From IMG/VR virus record IMGVR_UViG_3300033486_000001, positions 11,317 to 75,316 of that record: DNA of 64,000 nt, one strand, 5' to 3'. Positions 19,394 through 29,414 of the stretch are shown piece after piece; positions within the stretch are counted from its first letter, which is position 1; the number at the start of each line of letters is the position of its first letter. The translations under genes were made by a program, and so were the position numbers. The notes below the pieces were generated by a model. It had not been told where the DNA came from. It saw only the letters and a list, made by a program, of their open reading frames with translations, and made no database searches. Origin of the DNA: a virus (lineage: Duplodnaviria; Caudoviricetes).

Positions 19394-21259
19394 TTATTTG
19401 ATGGGGCAAGCGCCACCGGCGCATTCGCTGTCACCCAACTCGTCTCCGGCTCCGATCCCGTCGACTTTAATAGGCTTCACCTTCGGAGCCAGCTTCTCGA
19501 ACATTTCCTTGGAGATCGCCTCTTTGGGTGCCTGCTTAAATCCGTGGTCTGAATGGCAAAGAAAGCTGATAGTCTTGATGTACTTAAGATTTTCTCCAAG
19601 CCAAGCCTTGAGTTGGTTGAGTTCTTCCTTCTTGTAGTACACAGTAACCGAAATACTCTGGTCGGCCCAGTGTTTTTGTGCCATCTTGAGTACGTCCAAC
19701 TGCTTCCAGGTGTCCCACCCCTCGTCCGCCACCGGGGCGCCATCCGGAGCTTGCTCGTAAAAATCAACAACGACTGTGTTGTGATCGAAAGTTCCATCGA
19801 AACGTACGACAGGTTCAATGTGGTGGCCGGCAGCGGCGAGAAGGGGGATCATCGGGTCTGTAGCCGAAAAGCGGATGCGTTGAATGTAATAACGACTCCA
19901 AGCGGCATGGATCCCTTCATATCCCTTCATATCATACATCTTTGACACCGTTCCACTTGGCTTGATAGTGGTTGTCCGGACGCTCTTGGGGATGCCTAAT
20001 TCCTTACTGTACGAGACGTTCTCGTCTTGAATAGCTCTGTAAGCTACATCAAGGATCTCTGGAGAGAATAACGGACTTTGGAGACATCCTGTGATCCCAG
20101 TTCCAACCCGTCGATTCCTCTTGACGACTTCGTCACTCTTCTCGAGATGGTACGGAGCCATTGTCACACGCTTACCCCATCGGTGCATCAACCTCGACGC
20201 CTCAACGAATTCATCGACACCTGTAAGTCGGGGTAGGGCGATGTCTTGGAGATTGCACGGTTCTCCGTCTTCAAGACAAGCTTCCGCGCAGGGGTTGGTA
20301 CCAACCGCAGTGTCGGGTTGTAAATCACCCATGCGCGCGAACTTTTGAATGTTGGCGCGGTTGACGATGCCGAATGGCTCCCCGTTTTCATACGTCTTCC
20401 AAAAGAGCGGGTGCACATCCTCGATATCGTCGGCCACGACCGACAAATTCGCCATAGCGCGTTGGGTCGGGATGGGGCCGAGATCCCAACGCTTGGCTTT
20501 GAGGTACTCCTTATCCCAACAATCCCCAAGAACCAAAATGGCGCTGCGCCGCACGTTGCCGGCCACAACCATCTCACCGATGCAGCAAATGATGTCCATG
20601 GCATCTACTGGACGTACAGTCTTACCTTCACGTCGGCCCAACAAAGCGCACAACTTCTCAACCAAGGCGATCAAGGGCAGTGGGCCGCTCGCCGTGCCGC
20701 CAAATCCGTTGATCTTTTCCCCGTACCCACGAATACATACCGTACTGTAATCGAAACTGCGACCTGTAACAAAAAAGGACTCAAGTACGCGGCGGAGTAA
20801 TTCACACCAACCCTCTCGACTATCCGGCACGATGAATGAGGCGTCCTTGGTCGCCTTGTGTCGGATTACCACCCCCTTCTTGACGCGCGGTAGTTTAGAC
20901 ACGTATTTGTGCTCGACCGACAGCCCGACACCGCCACCCAACATGAGCAAGTCCTGGGCGTCTACAAAGTTCATCCAATTGTCGGCGCACTGAAACCAAC
21001 AATTCGTCAGGGCAGCTCCACCGACCACATCTTGGGCCTTGGCGCCGCTGAACCACCATCCGCGGCCAGCTGGCCCAGCCTTGCGCTCACTCAAGAAATA
21101 ACGCAAACGCTGAATCTCTTGGTCGGACACATTGAGTCCTCGTACGTTCCCGGCGATAACCCGCTCTACCGTTTGCGACCAATTCTCCACCATCCCGTTG
21201 TCGTTACGAGCGTATGTACGCTTGTAGACTACACTAGCTAGGTTGCTCATCGAGTTCAT
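19394..21259 (-). CDS. nrdJ: class II (adenosylcobalamin-dependent) ribonucleotide reductase
   Basis: YKRTYAR, PAGR, TNPCAE, TTIKPSGTVS, C-terminal CAGGACPIK; no small-subunit gene nearby. Confidence 0.92.
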   Translation of the reverse strand: MNSMSNLASVVYKRTYARNDNGMVENWSQTVERVIAGNVRGLNVSDQEIQRLRYFLSERKAGPAGRGWWFSGAKAQDVVGGAALTNCWFQCADNWMNFVDAQDLLMLGGGVGLSVEHKYVSKLPRVKKGVVIRHKATKDASFIVPDSREGWCELLRRVLESFFVTGRSFDYSTVCIRGYGEKINGFGGTASGPLPLIALVEKLCALLGRREGKTVRPVDAMDIICCIGEMVVAGNVRRSAILVLGDCWDKEYLKAKRWDLGPIPTQRAMANLSVVADDIEDVHPLFWKTYENGEPFGIVNRANIQKFARMGDLQPDTAVGTNPCAEACLEDGEPCNLQDIALPRLTGVDEFVEASRLMHRWGKRVTMAPYHLEKSDEVVKRNRRVGTGITGCLQSPLFSPEILDVAYRAIQDENVSYSKELGIPKSVRTTTIKPSGTVSKMYDMKGYEGIHAAWSRYYIQRIRFSATDPMIPLLAAAGHHIEPVVRFDGTFDHNTVVVDFYEQAPDGAPVADEGWDTWKQLDVLKMAQKHWADQSISVTVYYKKEELNQLKAWLGENLKYIKTISFLCHSDHGFKQAPKEAISKEMFEKLAPKVKPIKVDGIGAGDELGDSECAGGACPIK

Positions 21260-21282
21260 GATTTCTCCGTGCGAATGTCCTT

Positions 21283-21292
21283 AGTATACCAC
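21283..21292 (-). promoter_or_regulatory. extended -10 motif GTGGTATACT
   Basis: Intergenic, upstream of nrdJ. Confidence 0.6.
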
Positions 21293-21302
21293 CGGACGTT
21301 CG

Positions 21303-21998
21303 CTAGTTTTTGGTCTTTTTGGGTTTGTCAAACACGTCTTTGTTCGTCAGAACGTGGCAGCCCAGCAAAAACGCTTGCACTTGGCAATGTGCATCGGCGA
21401 TGTCGTCATCGCCCTTCTTAAAATCGGCGTCCCAAGTGAGATTACAATACGCCACGGCGATGCTCTTTTTGTCGATTTTGCCGTGGATGCACTTCTTGCG
21501 AAGCACTACCATGTGCGCATCCAGCTTAGCTTTGGCTTCTTTCTTGGAAGCGGCATCGCGTGCGGACTTCAATTCAGCCTTGAGGCGTTTTTGCTCCAAA
21601 AGGAGCAACTTGGATTGCTTCCGAGTCGTAGCCACGGACAAATCCAAAGTCTTGCGCCAATCCGACGTGTTGATGTAGTGGATTTTGACGGGGAATTTCA
21701 AGAGATTCTTGACTACGGTGTAGTGAATCATGTCGAGAATCTTCTGCGAGTGCCGACTGCCAAACCTGCTGGAGGTTTTGTTGATTTCCTCGATGACTAC
21801 GTCGGTTACATCGGGGTTTTTGGTGAGCAGCTCGGCTACTTGCTCACCGACATCGTCGGCGACCATAATGAAATTATGTGGATATTCCGCGACATCCCAC
21901 CCGATTCGCTTCGCAATGAGACCAGAAGACGTAGGGCGTCCATCAGTGAAGATGGCCCATCCAGTGGAGGTGCTGAGGTCGAGTCCAAGGATTGACAT
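21303..21998 (-). CDS. RuvC-like Holliday junction resolvase
   Basis: MSILGLDLSTSTGWA, VVIEE, DDIADA; basic helical insertion; start at 21998. Confidence 0.8.
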   Translation of the reverse strand: MSILGLDLSTSTGWAIFTDGRPTSSGLIAKRIGWDVAEYPHNFIMVADDVGEQVAELLTKNPDVTDVVIEEINKTSSRFGSRHSQKILDMIHYTVVKNLLKFPVKIHYINTSDWRKTLDLSVATTRKQSKLLLLEQKRLKAELKSARDAASKKEAKAKLDAHMVVLRKKCIHGKIDKKSIAVAYCNLTWDADFKKGDDDIADAHCQVQAFLLGCHVLTNKDVFDKPKKTKN

Positions 21999-22003
21999 GA
22001 GTG

Positions 22004-22582
22004 TTAGATTCCGGCGGACAGACCGGACAGAATTTTTCGGAGGTGAGCTATAAGAATCTCTTTGAGGCTCGCTACGACTAGTTCGGCTGTGGAATATTGC
22101 TCGAAGTACATGTTGAGTATCTGGATGTTGTTGACTGCGGCGATACGTAAGGCCTGCCCAGTGCCACCAGTCGGCCTGCCACCGGCCGTCCAACAAACCA
22201 CCGCCTGAACCGGAGATTGTAGGTCCAGACCGAGAACCTGTGCGCTGTTGCGCGCCATAAGCTTCCGAGCGCCGTCCTTTAGACGGTCCCACGTCGGATG
22301 GAACTGTCTAGCGTGCGCCATTAGTTCCGTCCAATTGTTGGGGACCACAAGTTGGCCTCCCAGTCTATTGGCCTGCTCTTCAAAGGAAGACCACGGGAGG
22401 TATGCCGTACAACATTGCGCGGCTCCACACTCGAAAGCTTGGTCTGCACCCGGAGCGTGTCCGGAACGGATTTGTATTTTGTTGGCCGCGCACCACTGGC
22501 CGATTTTTACCATCTCGGCCAAGATAGAGCCGGGTGTTTCTCTACTGCCGATGCCGGCGATTGCGAGTTGAGAGTCAAGCAT
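22004..22582 (-). CDS. SLOG-superfamily (DprA/Smf-like) protein
   Basis: IAGIGSRETP, IRSGHAPGADQAFECGA, ARNSAQVLG, GGTGQA. Confidence 0.75.
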   Translation of the reverse strand: MLDSQLAIAGIGSRETPGSILAEMVKIGQWCAANKIQIRSGHAPGADQAFECGAAQCCTAYLPWSSFEEQANRLGGQLVVPNNWTELMAHARQFHPTWDRLKDGARKLMARNSAQVLGLDLQSPVQAVVCWTAGGRPTGGTGQALRIAAVNNIQILNMYFEQYSTAELVVASLKEILIAHLRKILSGLSAGI

Positions 22583-22591
22583 GGTGACGCC

Positions 22592-22601
22592 ATTATACCA
22601 C
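22592..22601 (-). promoter_or_regulatory. extended -10 motif GTGGTATAAT
   Basis: 9 nt before the SLOG-gene ATG. Confidence 0.6.
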
Positions 22602-22620
22602 GCCCGACTCCCCTCCGAGA

Positions 22621-22992
22621 TTATTTCTCGGAGAGTTGCTCTCGTAGCGACTTGATTCGCTTGTCACAGTTCGGACTTGTAGCCAGTCCTATTCCATCAA
22701 TCAACACCCGACGAAGTGTACGAACTGTGTCGGTTCGAACAACTTCCATCGCCACGCCACTGACGCAAGGGGTGAGATCTAACAAATCTTCCACTTTTGT
22801 CCGCGAGTCGAGCTCGAGTTCGGCAAATACTGAATCTCCGATCCGAGATAGTGTGGCAACCCCTACGCGTCTGTCAACCTTAAAGTCCAGTGTGACCGGA
22901 ACTCTCCCTTTCTTCAGTTCGAGTCCCGTCGGATCAAATACCTCGCCAGAGGAGTCAGTTGTCCCATCGACTATTAGTACTAGAGCTTTCAT
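22621..22992 (-). CDS. degenerate prohead-protease-like protein
   Basis: TDSSGEVFDPTGLE parallels IDKSGEVLDVDGCD of the protease at 55889; position of the catalytic His reads LDF. Confidence 0.45.
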   Translation of the reverse strand: MKALVLIVDGTTDSSGEVFDPTGLELKKGRVPVTLDFKVDRRVGVATLSRIGDSVFAELELDSRTKVEDLLDLTPCVSGVAMEVVRTDTVRTLRRVLIDGIGLATSPNCDKRIKSLREQLSEK

Positions 22993-23038
22993 TTTTCACC
23001 TTATGGGTACTATTTTGTAGTTACTTCTACTACAACGA

Positions 23039-23305
23039 CTACGCCTTGCCGCGAGACTCAAGGACCGAGTACGCGTAACTAATGCGCAATCGGTTGGCCT
23101 TCGTCGCATCGGCGTATTGCTCCCCCGCCTGCTTCGCGATTTCCTTCTTCTCTGCAAGATCCATGTCGGCCTTCATGGCGGCGCGGTTCTCGTGCTCATT
23201 GATGGCGACTTCGGAGATCTTCTTTTTCACATCCTCATCGCTCATACCTTCGACGAGTTCCTTAAACTCGGGATCCAGATCTTCAAACGGGTTCTTCTTG
23301 GCCAT
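23039..23305 (-). CDS. hypothetical coiled-coil protein
   Basis: GGAG RBS; ORF packing. Confidence 0.65.
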   Translation of the reverse strand: MAKKNPFEDLDPEFKELVEGMSDEDVKKKISEVAINEHENRAAMKADMDLAEKKEIAKQAGEQYADATKANRLRISYAYSVLESRGKA

Positions 23306-23486
23306 TATTGTTCTCCTTGGTGGTTGCTACTAGTGTTGCATACAACTTGTCAATTTTTGTGTGCGCCTCTTCTATCGTATCTGCGGTCACCGTCAGTGAC
23401 AATCCATCCGTAGGTGGCACAATACCCCGACGAACAAGACTGAACGTTTGGACGGTGACGGAGACTTTCTTAGAGTTCTCGGACAT
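23283..23486 (-). CDS. hypothetical protein
   Basis: Start MSENS at 23486. Confidence 0.45.
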   Translation of the reverse strand: MSENSKKVSVTVQTFSLVRRGIVPPTDGLSLTVTADTIEEAHTKIDKLYATLVATTKENNNGQEEPV

Positions 23487-23685
23487 TGATCTTGAGGGCC
23501 TCGGGGAAACGGCTATGCGCGAACCGCCGAGCATCGGCAAGCGACGGGGTCGACAACGTCATGGACACGATAGTGGGGGTAACTCCATCGCCACAACAAG
23601 GAATGTCCAGAACGAGCATCTTATCGGTGCAACGACAATAGTCCGGCAAGTAAATCCCAACAGCAAAACGCTTCTTATCGGTCAT
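23470..23685 (-). CDS. hypothetical protein
   Basis: ORF packing; ATGA overlap. Confidence 0.45.
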   Translation of the reverse strand: MTDKKRFAVGIYLPDYCRCTDKMLVLDIPCCGDGVTPTIVSMTLSTPSLADARRFAHSRFPEALKINVREL

Positions 23686-25604
23686 TTGATTCTCGACTTT
23701 CCGTCTACGTATTCAACTTCGATGATTTGGTTAAACGCCTCTACAACCTCTGAAGTGTGGTCTACCACAAGTACTAGTCGATTACAAGCGTACTCTTTAA
23801 GCACTTCGAGTGCAGCCTCTTTCGTGGCTATTCCCTGACCATTCCAACACTCATCCAGACACAACCACCCGGGCACCACCCCACTCCTACGCTGGATTAC
23901 TGCACCTACCGCCAAGTCTACCACACCATCCAAAGAAGTGAACTGCCCGCCCGACAGCGTCTTGAGTTTGGCTTCCTTGCCGTCGACAAATACGGTAGTC
24001 AGAATGGCTTTGTTGACAACACCCTTTTGCGTTATAGTCTCGGTGGAAAAATGTACGGTCAAGTGAGATACGTTCGCCAGCCGGCCCAGTCGTTCATTGG
24101 CCTCGGCTTCGATCTCGGAGAGGACTTCTTCGAAAATAGCCCCCAGAAACCCTCGTGGACCCATGGCCGCGACGAAGTCTAGTTCGGCCGCCAGTTCCAC
24201 CCGAATTCGATTCAACTCGGTCTGGCGGGCTTGTAGGCGGTTCTGGTTTTGAGTCAAGGTGTCAGTAAATTGCTTACGCGACACTTCAATCCTAGCGTTG
24301 GACTGCTGGACGGACTTGATTTGGAATTCGATGCCGTTGATTTGCGACAACACTTCGGACTTTTGCTGCTTCAACGTCAAGACCTTTTCTTGTGCTTCCG
24401 TAACAGCCCCAGCGGCGGACTCCAAAGCTTTTTCGTGAATACGTCGATCCATCATCGAGATATTGTCCGAGAACTGGCGGATGAGAGGGTTTTCTGTGAA
24501 AATTTTGCGGAGTTCCTCTTCAAGAAGCGACTTCGACTTACAGATCTCTCCTGCAGCCGCAACACGCTTCTCAAGCTCTGCAATAGCTTGCTCGAGTTGC
24601 GTTGCGTATGCTTGCGACTGATCCCACGGACGCTGACAGGTAACACATGTACCTTGACGAGCATGTTCTAGTTGTGCGCGATTCTGGGCGATTTGAGCTA
24701 GGTCGTGGTTCTTCTGTGCTTCTGCCCTGACTACTACTTGCAGTTCTTGTCGAAGTTTCTCTTGCTTTTTTGAGAATTCACGACGAAGCTGCGCGTCCTC
24801 TTGACTCAACCGTTCACGATGAGACTGCGCGGCACGCAACAAATCGCGCATTTTGGTGAGTTCCGGATTCTGACTCGCTAGATCCTTAAGGCGTTCCGCA
24901 GTAGCCCAGGCATCCTGAACCCTTGAATCTAGGTCGTCTGCCACCAACCGAAGGGCCTCAGGCGAGGCTGGGATTTCTTGCGGTTGCGGCAGCCCCTTGA
25001 GCTGCTCCGCTAGCATCGCCACGGCGCCGGTCAGCTCCTTGCATCCAGCCTCTTCTGCGGCTATGGTCTGAGTCAATCGCTTTGCGGTTACTTCAGCCGA
25101 CTCCACGGCTCGTTCAATGTCCGTCAGACCTAGAATACTCGACAAGAATTCCTTCTTGCCTGCGTCGGCCAGTGACAAGAACACGCCGCGTGAATCTTGC
25201 GGGCGGTATGTGAGAGTCTGAAGGGTCTCTGTATCCAGACCGACGACTCGTCGAAGGTTCTCTGAAATCACTTTCGCGCCGGTGTAGTTTTTACCGGCAA
25301 TGACGATCGAGTTCTTCTTGCCGCGATGAATGACGACTTCACCTTCATCCGTGTCTAGGGCGAGTGTAACCTGAAGTGGCTCTTCCGTGTTCCAAGACTG
25401 CAAGTCCGTAGCCGACAGCGGGCACATGTCCAGAGCGTAACTGATAGCCAACAACAAAGTCGACTTTCCAGCGCCGCTAGAGTCGTGGGTAACAGGATTA
25501 CTTCCGCGAAGGAGGACAAGTCCAGACTCCGGAAAGTCCACTCGAGTCTCGTCGACGAACGATCGGAAGCTTTTGAGCTGGAGCCATTTTAGCTTGAGTG
25601 CCAT
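23682..25604 (-). CDS. sbcC: SbcC/Rad50/gp46-like ABC ATPase
   Basis: Walker A SGAGKST, coiled coil with CVTC zinc hook, LSGGQ signature, LCLDE, VVDH. Confidence 0.92.
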   Translation of the reverse strand: MALKLKWLQLKSFRSFVDETRVDFPESGLVLLRGSNPVTHDSSGAGKSTLLLAISYALDMCPLSATDLQSWNTEEPLQVTLALDTDEGEVVIHRGKKNSIVIAGKNYTGAKVISENLRRVVGLDTETLQTLTYRPQDSRGVFLSLADAGKKEFLSSILGLTDIERAVESAEVTAKRLTQTIAAEEAGCKELTGAVAMLAEQLKGLPQPQEIPASPEALRLVADDLDSRVQDAWATAERLKDLASQNPELTKMRDLLRAAQSHRERLSQEDAQLRREFSKKQEKLRQELQVVVRAEAQKNHDLAQIAQNRAQLEHARQGTCVTCQRPWDQSQAYATQLEQAIAELEKRVAAAGEICKSKSLLEEELRKIFTENPLIRQFSDNISMMDRRIHEKALESAAGAVTEAQEKVLTLKQQKSEVLSQINGIEFQIKSVQQSNARIEVSRKQFTDTLTQNQNRLQARQTELNRIRVELAAELDFVAAMGPRGFLGAIFEEVLSEIEAEANERLGRLANVSHLTVHFSTETITQKGVVNKAILTTVFVDGKEAKLKTLSGGQFTSLDGVVDLAVGAVIQRRSGVVPGWLCLDECWNGQGIATKEAALEVLKEYACNRLVLVVDHTSEVVEAFNQIIEVEYVDGKSRIK

Positions 25605-25811
25605 TTAGATCTTTCCAGCGTGGTGTGCAAAAGCACATCGGCGAACCCACCACCTATCCAACGATATCGAACCCTCTACGCATTTGGTGGGATGGTCCAT
25701 TTCCCACAAGTAGTATCCAGAGTCAAGCTGAATCACCCGATACCCATCGGGAAGTGGCTTGCACCGCGGCGGGAATTCGACAATCAGGTTGCCGTGTAGG
25801 TTTGTCGCCAT
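25605..25811 (-). CDS. hypothetical protein
   Basis: ORF packing. Confidence 0.5.
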   Translation of the reverse strand: MATNLHGNLIVEFPPRCKPLPDGYRVIQLDSGYYLWEMDHPTKCVEGSISLDRWWVRRCAFAHHAGKI

Positions 25812-25812
25812 T

Positions 25813-26037
25813 TTACTTGACCACCTTGCGTTCCGCCAGCATTTCTTGAATGCCGCTAAGTTGTTCTACCTTCCGGATCAACAATCCATTGTCTCGGACT
25901 TCTATCACACGTGCGGTCGTTTGGCTAGTGAATTTCTGACTGCCACCGCACTCACACTTCGCCAACTTAGGGCGTTGCGACAGCAGCGCCCGTTGGATCT
26001 TGTGACACTTCTTGCATTCCCAGTTATAGACGGGCAT
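25813..26037 (-). CDS. FmdB-like zinc-ribbon protein
   Basis: MPVYNWECKKC...KCECG. Confidence 0.7.
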   Translation of the reverse strand: MPVYNWECKKCHKIQRALLSQRPKLAKCECGGSQKFTSQTTARVIEVRDNGLLIRKVEQLSGIQEMLAERKVVK

Positions 26038-26104
26038 TTATTTGCTCCACAAGCGTTAAGTGGGAGGAGATCAATAAGGAAACCCTCCTTCCACTTCGTT
26101 CTGC

Positions 26105-27850
26105 TTAAACGTGATCGTCCGCGGGATTGTCGTTGACCGTCCGCATGTAATTCGCGCTGTCGCGAGCTTCGGCGTGATCCACTTCAGTATCACGGACGAA
26201 TACGCAAACGCCACCGCAAGTTCCGAGAAGTGACGCAATGGAGATAGAATTACGAATCGCCTCCAACACTGCCGGAACAGAGTCAAGAAGACCTTCCTTA
26301 AACGCGTCGACGTACTCTCCTTCCAGGATGTCGTAGACGGTCGACTTACTCCCGCGCATTGCAGAAATCAAACCTTCGACCTCGTCGATGTGGTATCCGG
26401 CGTTCATGTAAAGGCGGTTGATCGGCTCCTGCAACGATGGGACCAAAACTTCACGCAACATCGCATCGTGGGTCAAAAGCGACTGCAATTGCAGCAACAT
26501 CCACCCGCCAGCCGGAAGTGCCCCGTGCTCGATGGCGCCACGGACCGCGCAAATCGCATCGTCGACGCGGTCGCGCTTCTCGCGGAGCTCTCCACCACTC
26601 GCGCCAACGACAGTGAGGCGAGCAACGCCGCCGCTCACCTTCCCCAGGCGCTCGGAAACGATGTGCTGGTCCAACTTACTCAGTCCGCCGATTTCGAGCT
26701 GCTTCGAGAGCTGATCGACACGCTCCAACACGCGAAGCTCGTCGGCGAACCCAATGATCGTAGAACGGAACCGAGCCGCTTCGAACGCTGGCGTGTGCCC
26801 GAGGTCCTCGACTTGACCCTCCGACAATGGCTTGTTGATTGGGTCAAAGATGACACCACCGGTCACCGCCGCGAGGTCGGCTAAGAAATCGTACTGCCCC
26901 GACTGCATCTGGCTGAGAGGCGCGGTAAGCGGGTAGACGTTTAGCGAACCGGGTTCACGGAAGTTGACGGACAGATGCCCAAGTACGCTCTCTGAAACCC
27001 CGCACGACACGAACACGACATTCTGAGAAATTTGTCCGGCCTGTGCAGCTTGGATGATTTGATCGAACAACTTGAGCGCGTCGTAGATGTCGTTGAGCTT
27101 CCCGTGGTATAAGATGTACGACGGCTTCTCGAAGGAACAGAGTTGTCGAGAGACGTCGTTGATGAAGTTTTGGTAGAACTTACCGCACGCGTCTTCGTAC
27201 CCGGTGGAAATTTGATAGCCATCGATCTTGTCGACGCGATATCCCGCCGGACCACTCTCTTCGACCACTGTGATGTTACCTTTGTCGCCTGTTAGGTCGA
27301 AACATTCAAGTACGGCGTCCGCTAGCGCCTTGTCGCCGTTAGCCGATACCTTGGCGACGGCATGAAGAAGCTTACGCCCTTGCTTCGACGACAGAGACAC
27401 CTTTTTGGCGGACTTGTGGATGGCCGGCTCAATCGTATTCTTGAATGCCGCTTCAAGAGTGCGAACGACTCGCTGAGGAGAAACCTTCGGGTTTCGCTCG
27501 CAATACTCCTGCGTGTAACGAACAATAGCCTCCGCAAGAATTGCGCTCGAAGTCGTTCCGTCGCCGGCAGAAGCTGCAGTTCGGACGCTGCAGTCTCGAG
27601 CGGATTCCATAATGACTTGCTTGACGGAATCCTGGAATCCCATGTTGTTGAAGGCGGTTACCCCGTCCTTGCTCAAAAATGGAGGTAAAAGCTCCTCCTG
27701 CCGCTCAATTATAACAGACAGCCCACCAGGGCCAAGGGTGCTACCAACGAGGTCGGAGCACGTCTTCATGGTCTCACGGATGACTCGCTGCAGTTCCGGA
27801 CCACGAGTCAGCATTTTTTTGGGGGCAGATTTGGCTTTTTGGTGTTGCAT
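26105..27850 (-). CDS. groEL: group I chaperonin (GroEL-like)
   Basis: TLGPGG, SKDGVT, AGDGTTSS, RVDDAICAVRGAIEHGALPAGG; no GGM tail. Confidence 0.92.
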   Translation of the reverse strand: MQHQKAKSAPKKMLTRGPELQRVIRETMKTCSDLVGSTLGPGGLSVIIERQEELLPPFLSKDGVTAFNNMGFQDSVKQVIMESARDCSVRTAASAGDGTTSSAILAEAIVRYTQEYCERNPKVSPQRVVRTLEAAFKNTIEPAIHKSAKKVSLSSKQGRKLLHAVAKVSANGDKALADAVLECFDLTGDKGNITVVEESGPAGYRVDKIDGYQISTGYEDACGKFYQNFINDVSRQLCSFEKPSYILYHGKLNDIYDALKLFDQIIQAAQAGQISQNVVFVSCGVSESVLGHLSVNFREPGSLNVYPLTAPLSQMQSGQYDFLADLAAVTGGVIFDPINKPLSEGQVEDLGHTPAFEAARFRSTIIGFADELRVLERVDQLSKQLEIGGLSKLDQHIVSERLGKVSGGVARLTVVGASGGELREKRDRVDDAICAVRGAIEHGALPAGGWMLLQLQSLLTHDAMLREVLVPSLQEPINRLYMNAGYHIDEVEGLISAMRGSKSTVYDILEGEYVDAFKEGLLDSVPAVLEAIRNSISIASLLGTCGGVCVFVRDTEVDHAEARDSANYMRTVNDNPADDHV

Positions 27851-27875
27851 TAGGGCTCCTGTGAGAGTTTCTCTT

Positions 27876-27885
27876 AGTATACCAC
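27876..27885 (-). promoter_or_regulatory. extended -10 motif GTGGTATACT
   Basis: Intergenic, upstream of groEL. Confidence 0.6.
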
Positions 27886-27895
27886 AACGCCGAGA

Positions 27896-28180
27896 CTAGT
27901 ACCGATCTTGAATGACCTTTACGGCAGCGGAGATATCTAGGTCAGATATGTATTGCAACAAGAGATCAACAATAGTCTCGTAGTCGGGGGCAAGGAAACC
28001 TCTATCGTCTACAAGTATGCCCCCTTCAAGTCCACCTTGCAGGGCCATCAAGAGCGAGCTCTTCTTGTTTGCCACACACACATTCTCCTCGCCATACGGC
28101 CCGACCATGCCTTCTCGAAAGGAGCGGAGATATCGGTCTGGCAATACGGTTTTCTTTTTGGTGGTCATTACGCATACCAC
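27896..28180 (-). CDS. hypothetical protein
   Basis: ORF packing. Confidence 0.5.
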   Translation of the reverse strand: MVCVMTTKKKTVLPDRYLRSFREGMVGPYGEENVCVANKKSSLLMALQGGLEGGILVDDRGFLAPDYETIVDLLLQYISDLDISAAVKVIQDRY

Positions 28181-28740
28181 TTCTCGATGGCATTAAAAGC
28201 CTCAGAGATTTTGGGGTCTCCAATAAGCTTCAGTAGCAACTCGTCGGCTGTGACGTGGTCACCTTCTGGTTCTCCGTTGGGGTTGCTCTTCCATCCGGTC
28301 TTTGCATCGTAGACTGGAGCCATGCCCTGGAGTCGCTTCAGAATTTCAGCCTTATTCTTCTGTCGCAGACCGGCCATCTCACTCAAGCCTTCGACAGTCT
28401 CGCACATCTCGTTGAGCTCTAGATGTTGAGTGGCAAAATCTTCAGACAGCTCATCGTACTCCGCTCGCAACACCTTGTACTTTTTCTCTGCCTCTACCTG
28501 CTTGGTCCACAATTCCATCTCTTTTGGGGTCATTTTCTCAAGCCCTCTTTCAATCGACTCAAACGCTTCAGTTATTTCCGGGTCGTCAATCAAGCCCAAC
28601 AATATTCGAACGGCAAACGAGTAATCCCTCTTGGGGTTGCGCCCACACGTAGCTCCAGTACCGGTGTTACGGCCGTACGTGTAAGCCATATCTTGCAGCG
28701 GCTGCAAGATCGCATTACGTTTCTTCTTTTTGGGGCTCAT
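28168..28740 (-). CDS. hypothetical protein with an internal duplicated motif
   Basis: LLGLIDDPEITEAFESIE and LLKLIGDPKISEAFNAIEKWYA. Confidence 0.55.
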   Translation of the reverse strand: MSPKKKKRNAILQPLQDMAYTYGRNTGTGATCGRNPKRDYSFAVRILLGLIDDPEITEAFESIERGLEKMTPKEMELWTKQVEAEKKYKVLRAEYDELSEDFATQHLELNEMCETVEGLSEMAGLRQKNKAEILKRLQGMAPVYDAKTGWKSNPNGEPEGDHVTADELLLKLIGDPKISEAFNAIEKWYA

Positions 28741-29414
28741 TTTTTACCTGCCGTAGTCTTCTCGAGGATTTTGAGTAACGCTGCATCTACATCAACCGGC
28801 GACATCGACTTGATTTCTTTGGACTGCCCTTCAATTACCTCGCCCTTGTCCTCCGTACGATGCGTATGAAGAATCTCCCCCGACACGTTCTTATCCTTAT
28901 CCTGTCCGGTGAGACGAAGCAAGAGCTCCAGCGTTTGCTGGTACGCCTTCAGTGTCATTTGCCCCTTCAAGTCACCAAGGTCTTCTTCCTTACCGGTCTG
29001 CAAGAATCGGCGCAGCTTCTCTCCGTTCAACTTATTGAATGCGGCAGCCCACAAACTCACGAACTGAACCGACTCGAGCTGGCTCGCCTGCACGGTTTCG
29101 TGGATCCGCTCCACTAGACCTTCGGTGTAGTCCTTACGCTTGAGATCCCAATCATTATCCATCTTGGCGCGGACAATCATTCCCATCGTAAAAGATGGGT
29201 TCATCGCTTGGATGTCCTTAGTGGAACACCCGCGCAAATAGAGGTTGTAGAACTGCTGTGCGGTCGCAGGAGACACCGGCGGCTTGCCAGACGACATGTA
29301 CTCGAGGTACACTTCCTTTTCTTCCGGCTCCAAAGCCTCAAAACGCCCCTCGGCGGTATCGAGGTTTGCCATTTGCTTACGCGCCCTACGCTCCAAACGT
29401 GACTCACGCGCCAT
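28737..29414 (-). CDS. HTH-containing protein, possibly terminase small subunit-like
   Basis: FYNLYLRGCSTKDIQAMNP (HTH-like) followed by W..KR and a long helical region. Confidence 0.45.
   Translation of the reverse strand: MARESRLERRARKQMANLDTAEGRFEALEPEEKEVYLEYMSSGKPPVSPATAQQFYNLYLRGCSTKDIQAMNPSFTMGMIVRAKMDNDWDLKRKDYTEGLVERIHETVQASQLESVQFVSLWAAAFNKLNGEKLRRFLQTGKEEDLGDLKGQMTLKAYQQTLELLLRLTGQDKDKNVSGEILHTHRTEDKGEVIEGQSKEIKSMSPVDVDAALLKILEKTTAGKK

Noticed and set aside
21293-21307. ACTAG as a -35 element shared by the nrdJ and groEL promoters
   Set aside because: In both cases it coincides with the TAG stop of the upstream gene, and it is absent at the other motif sites.
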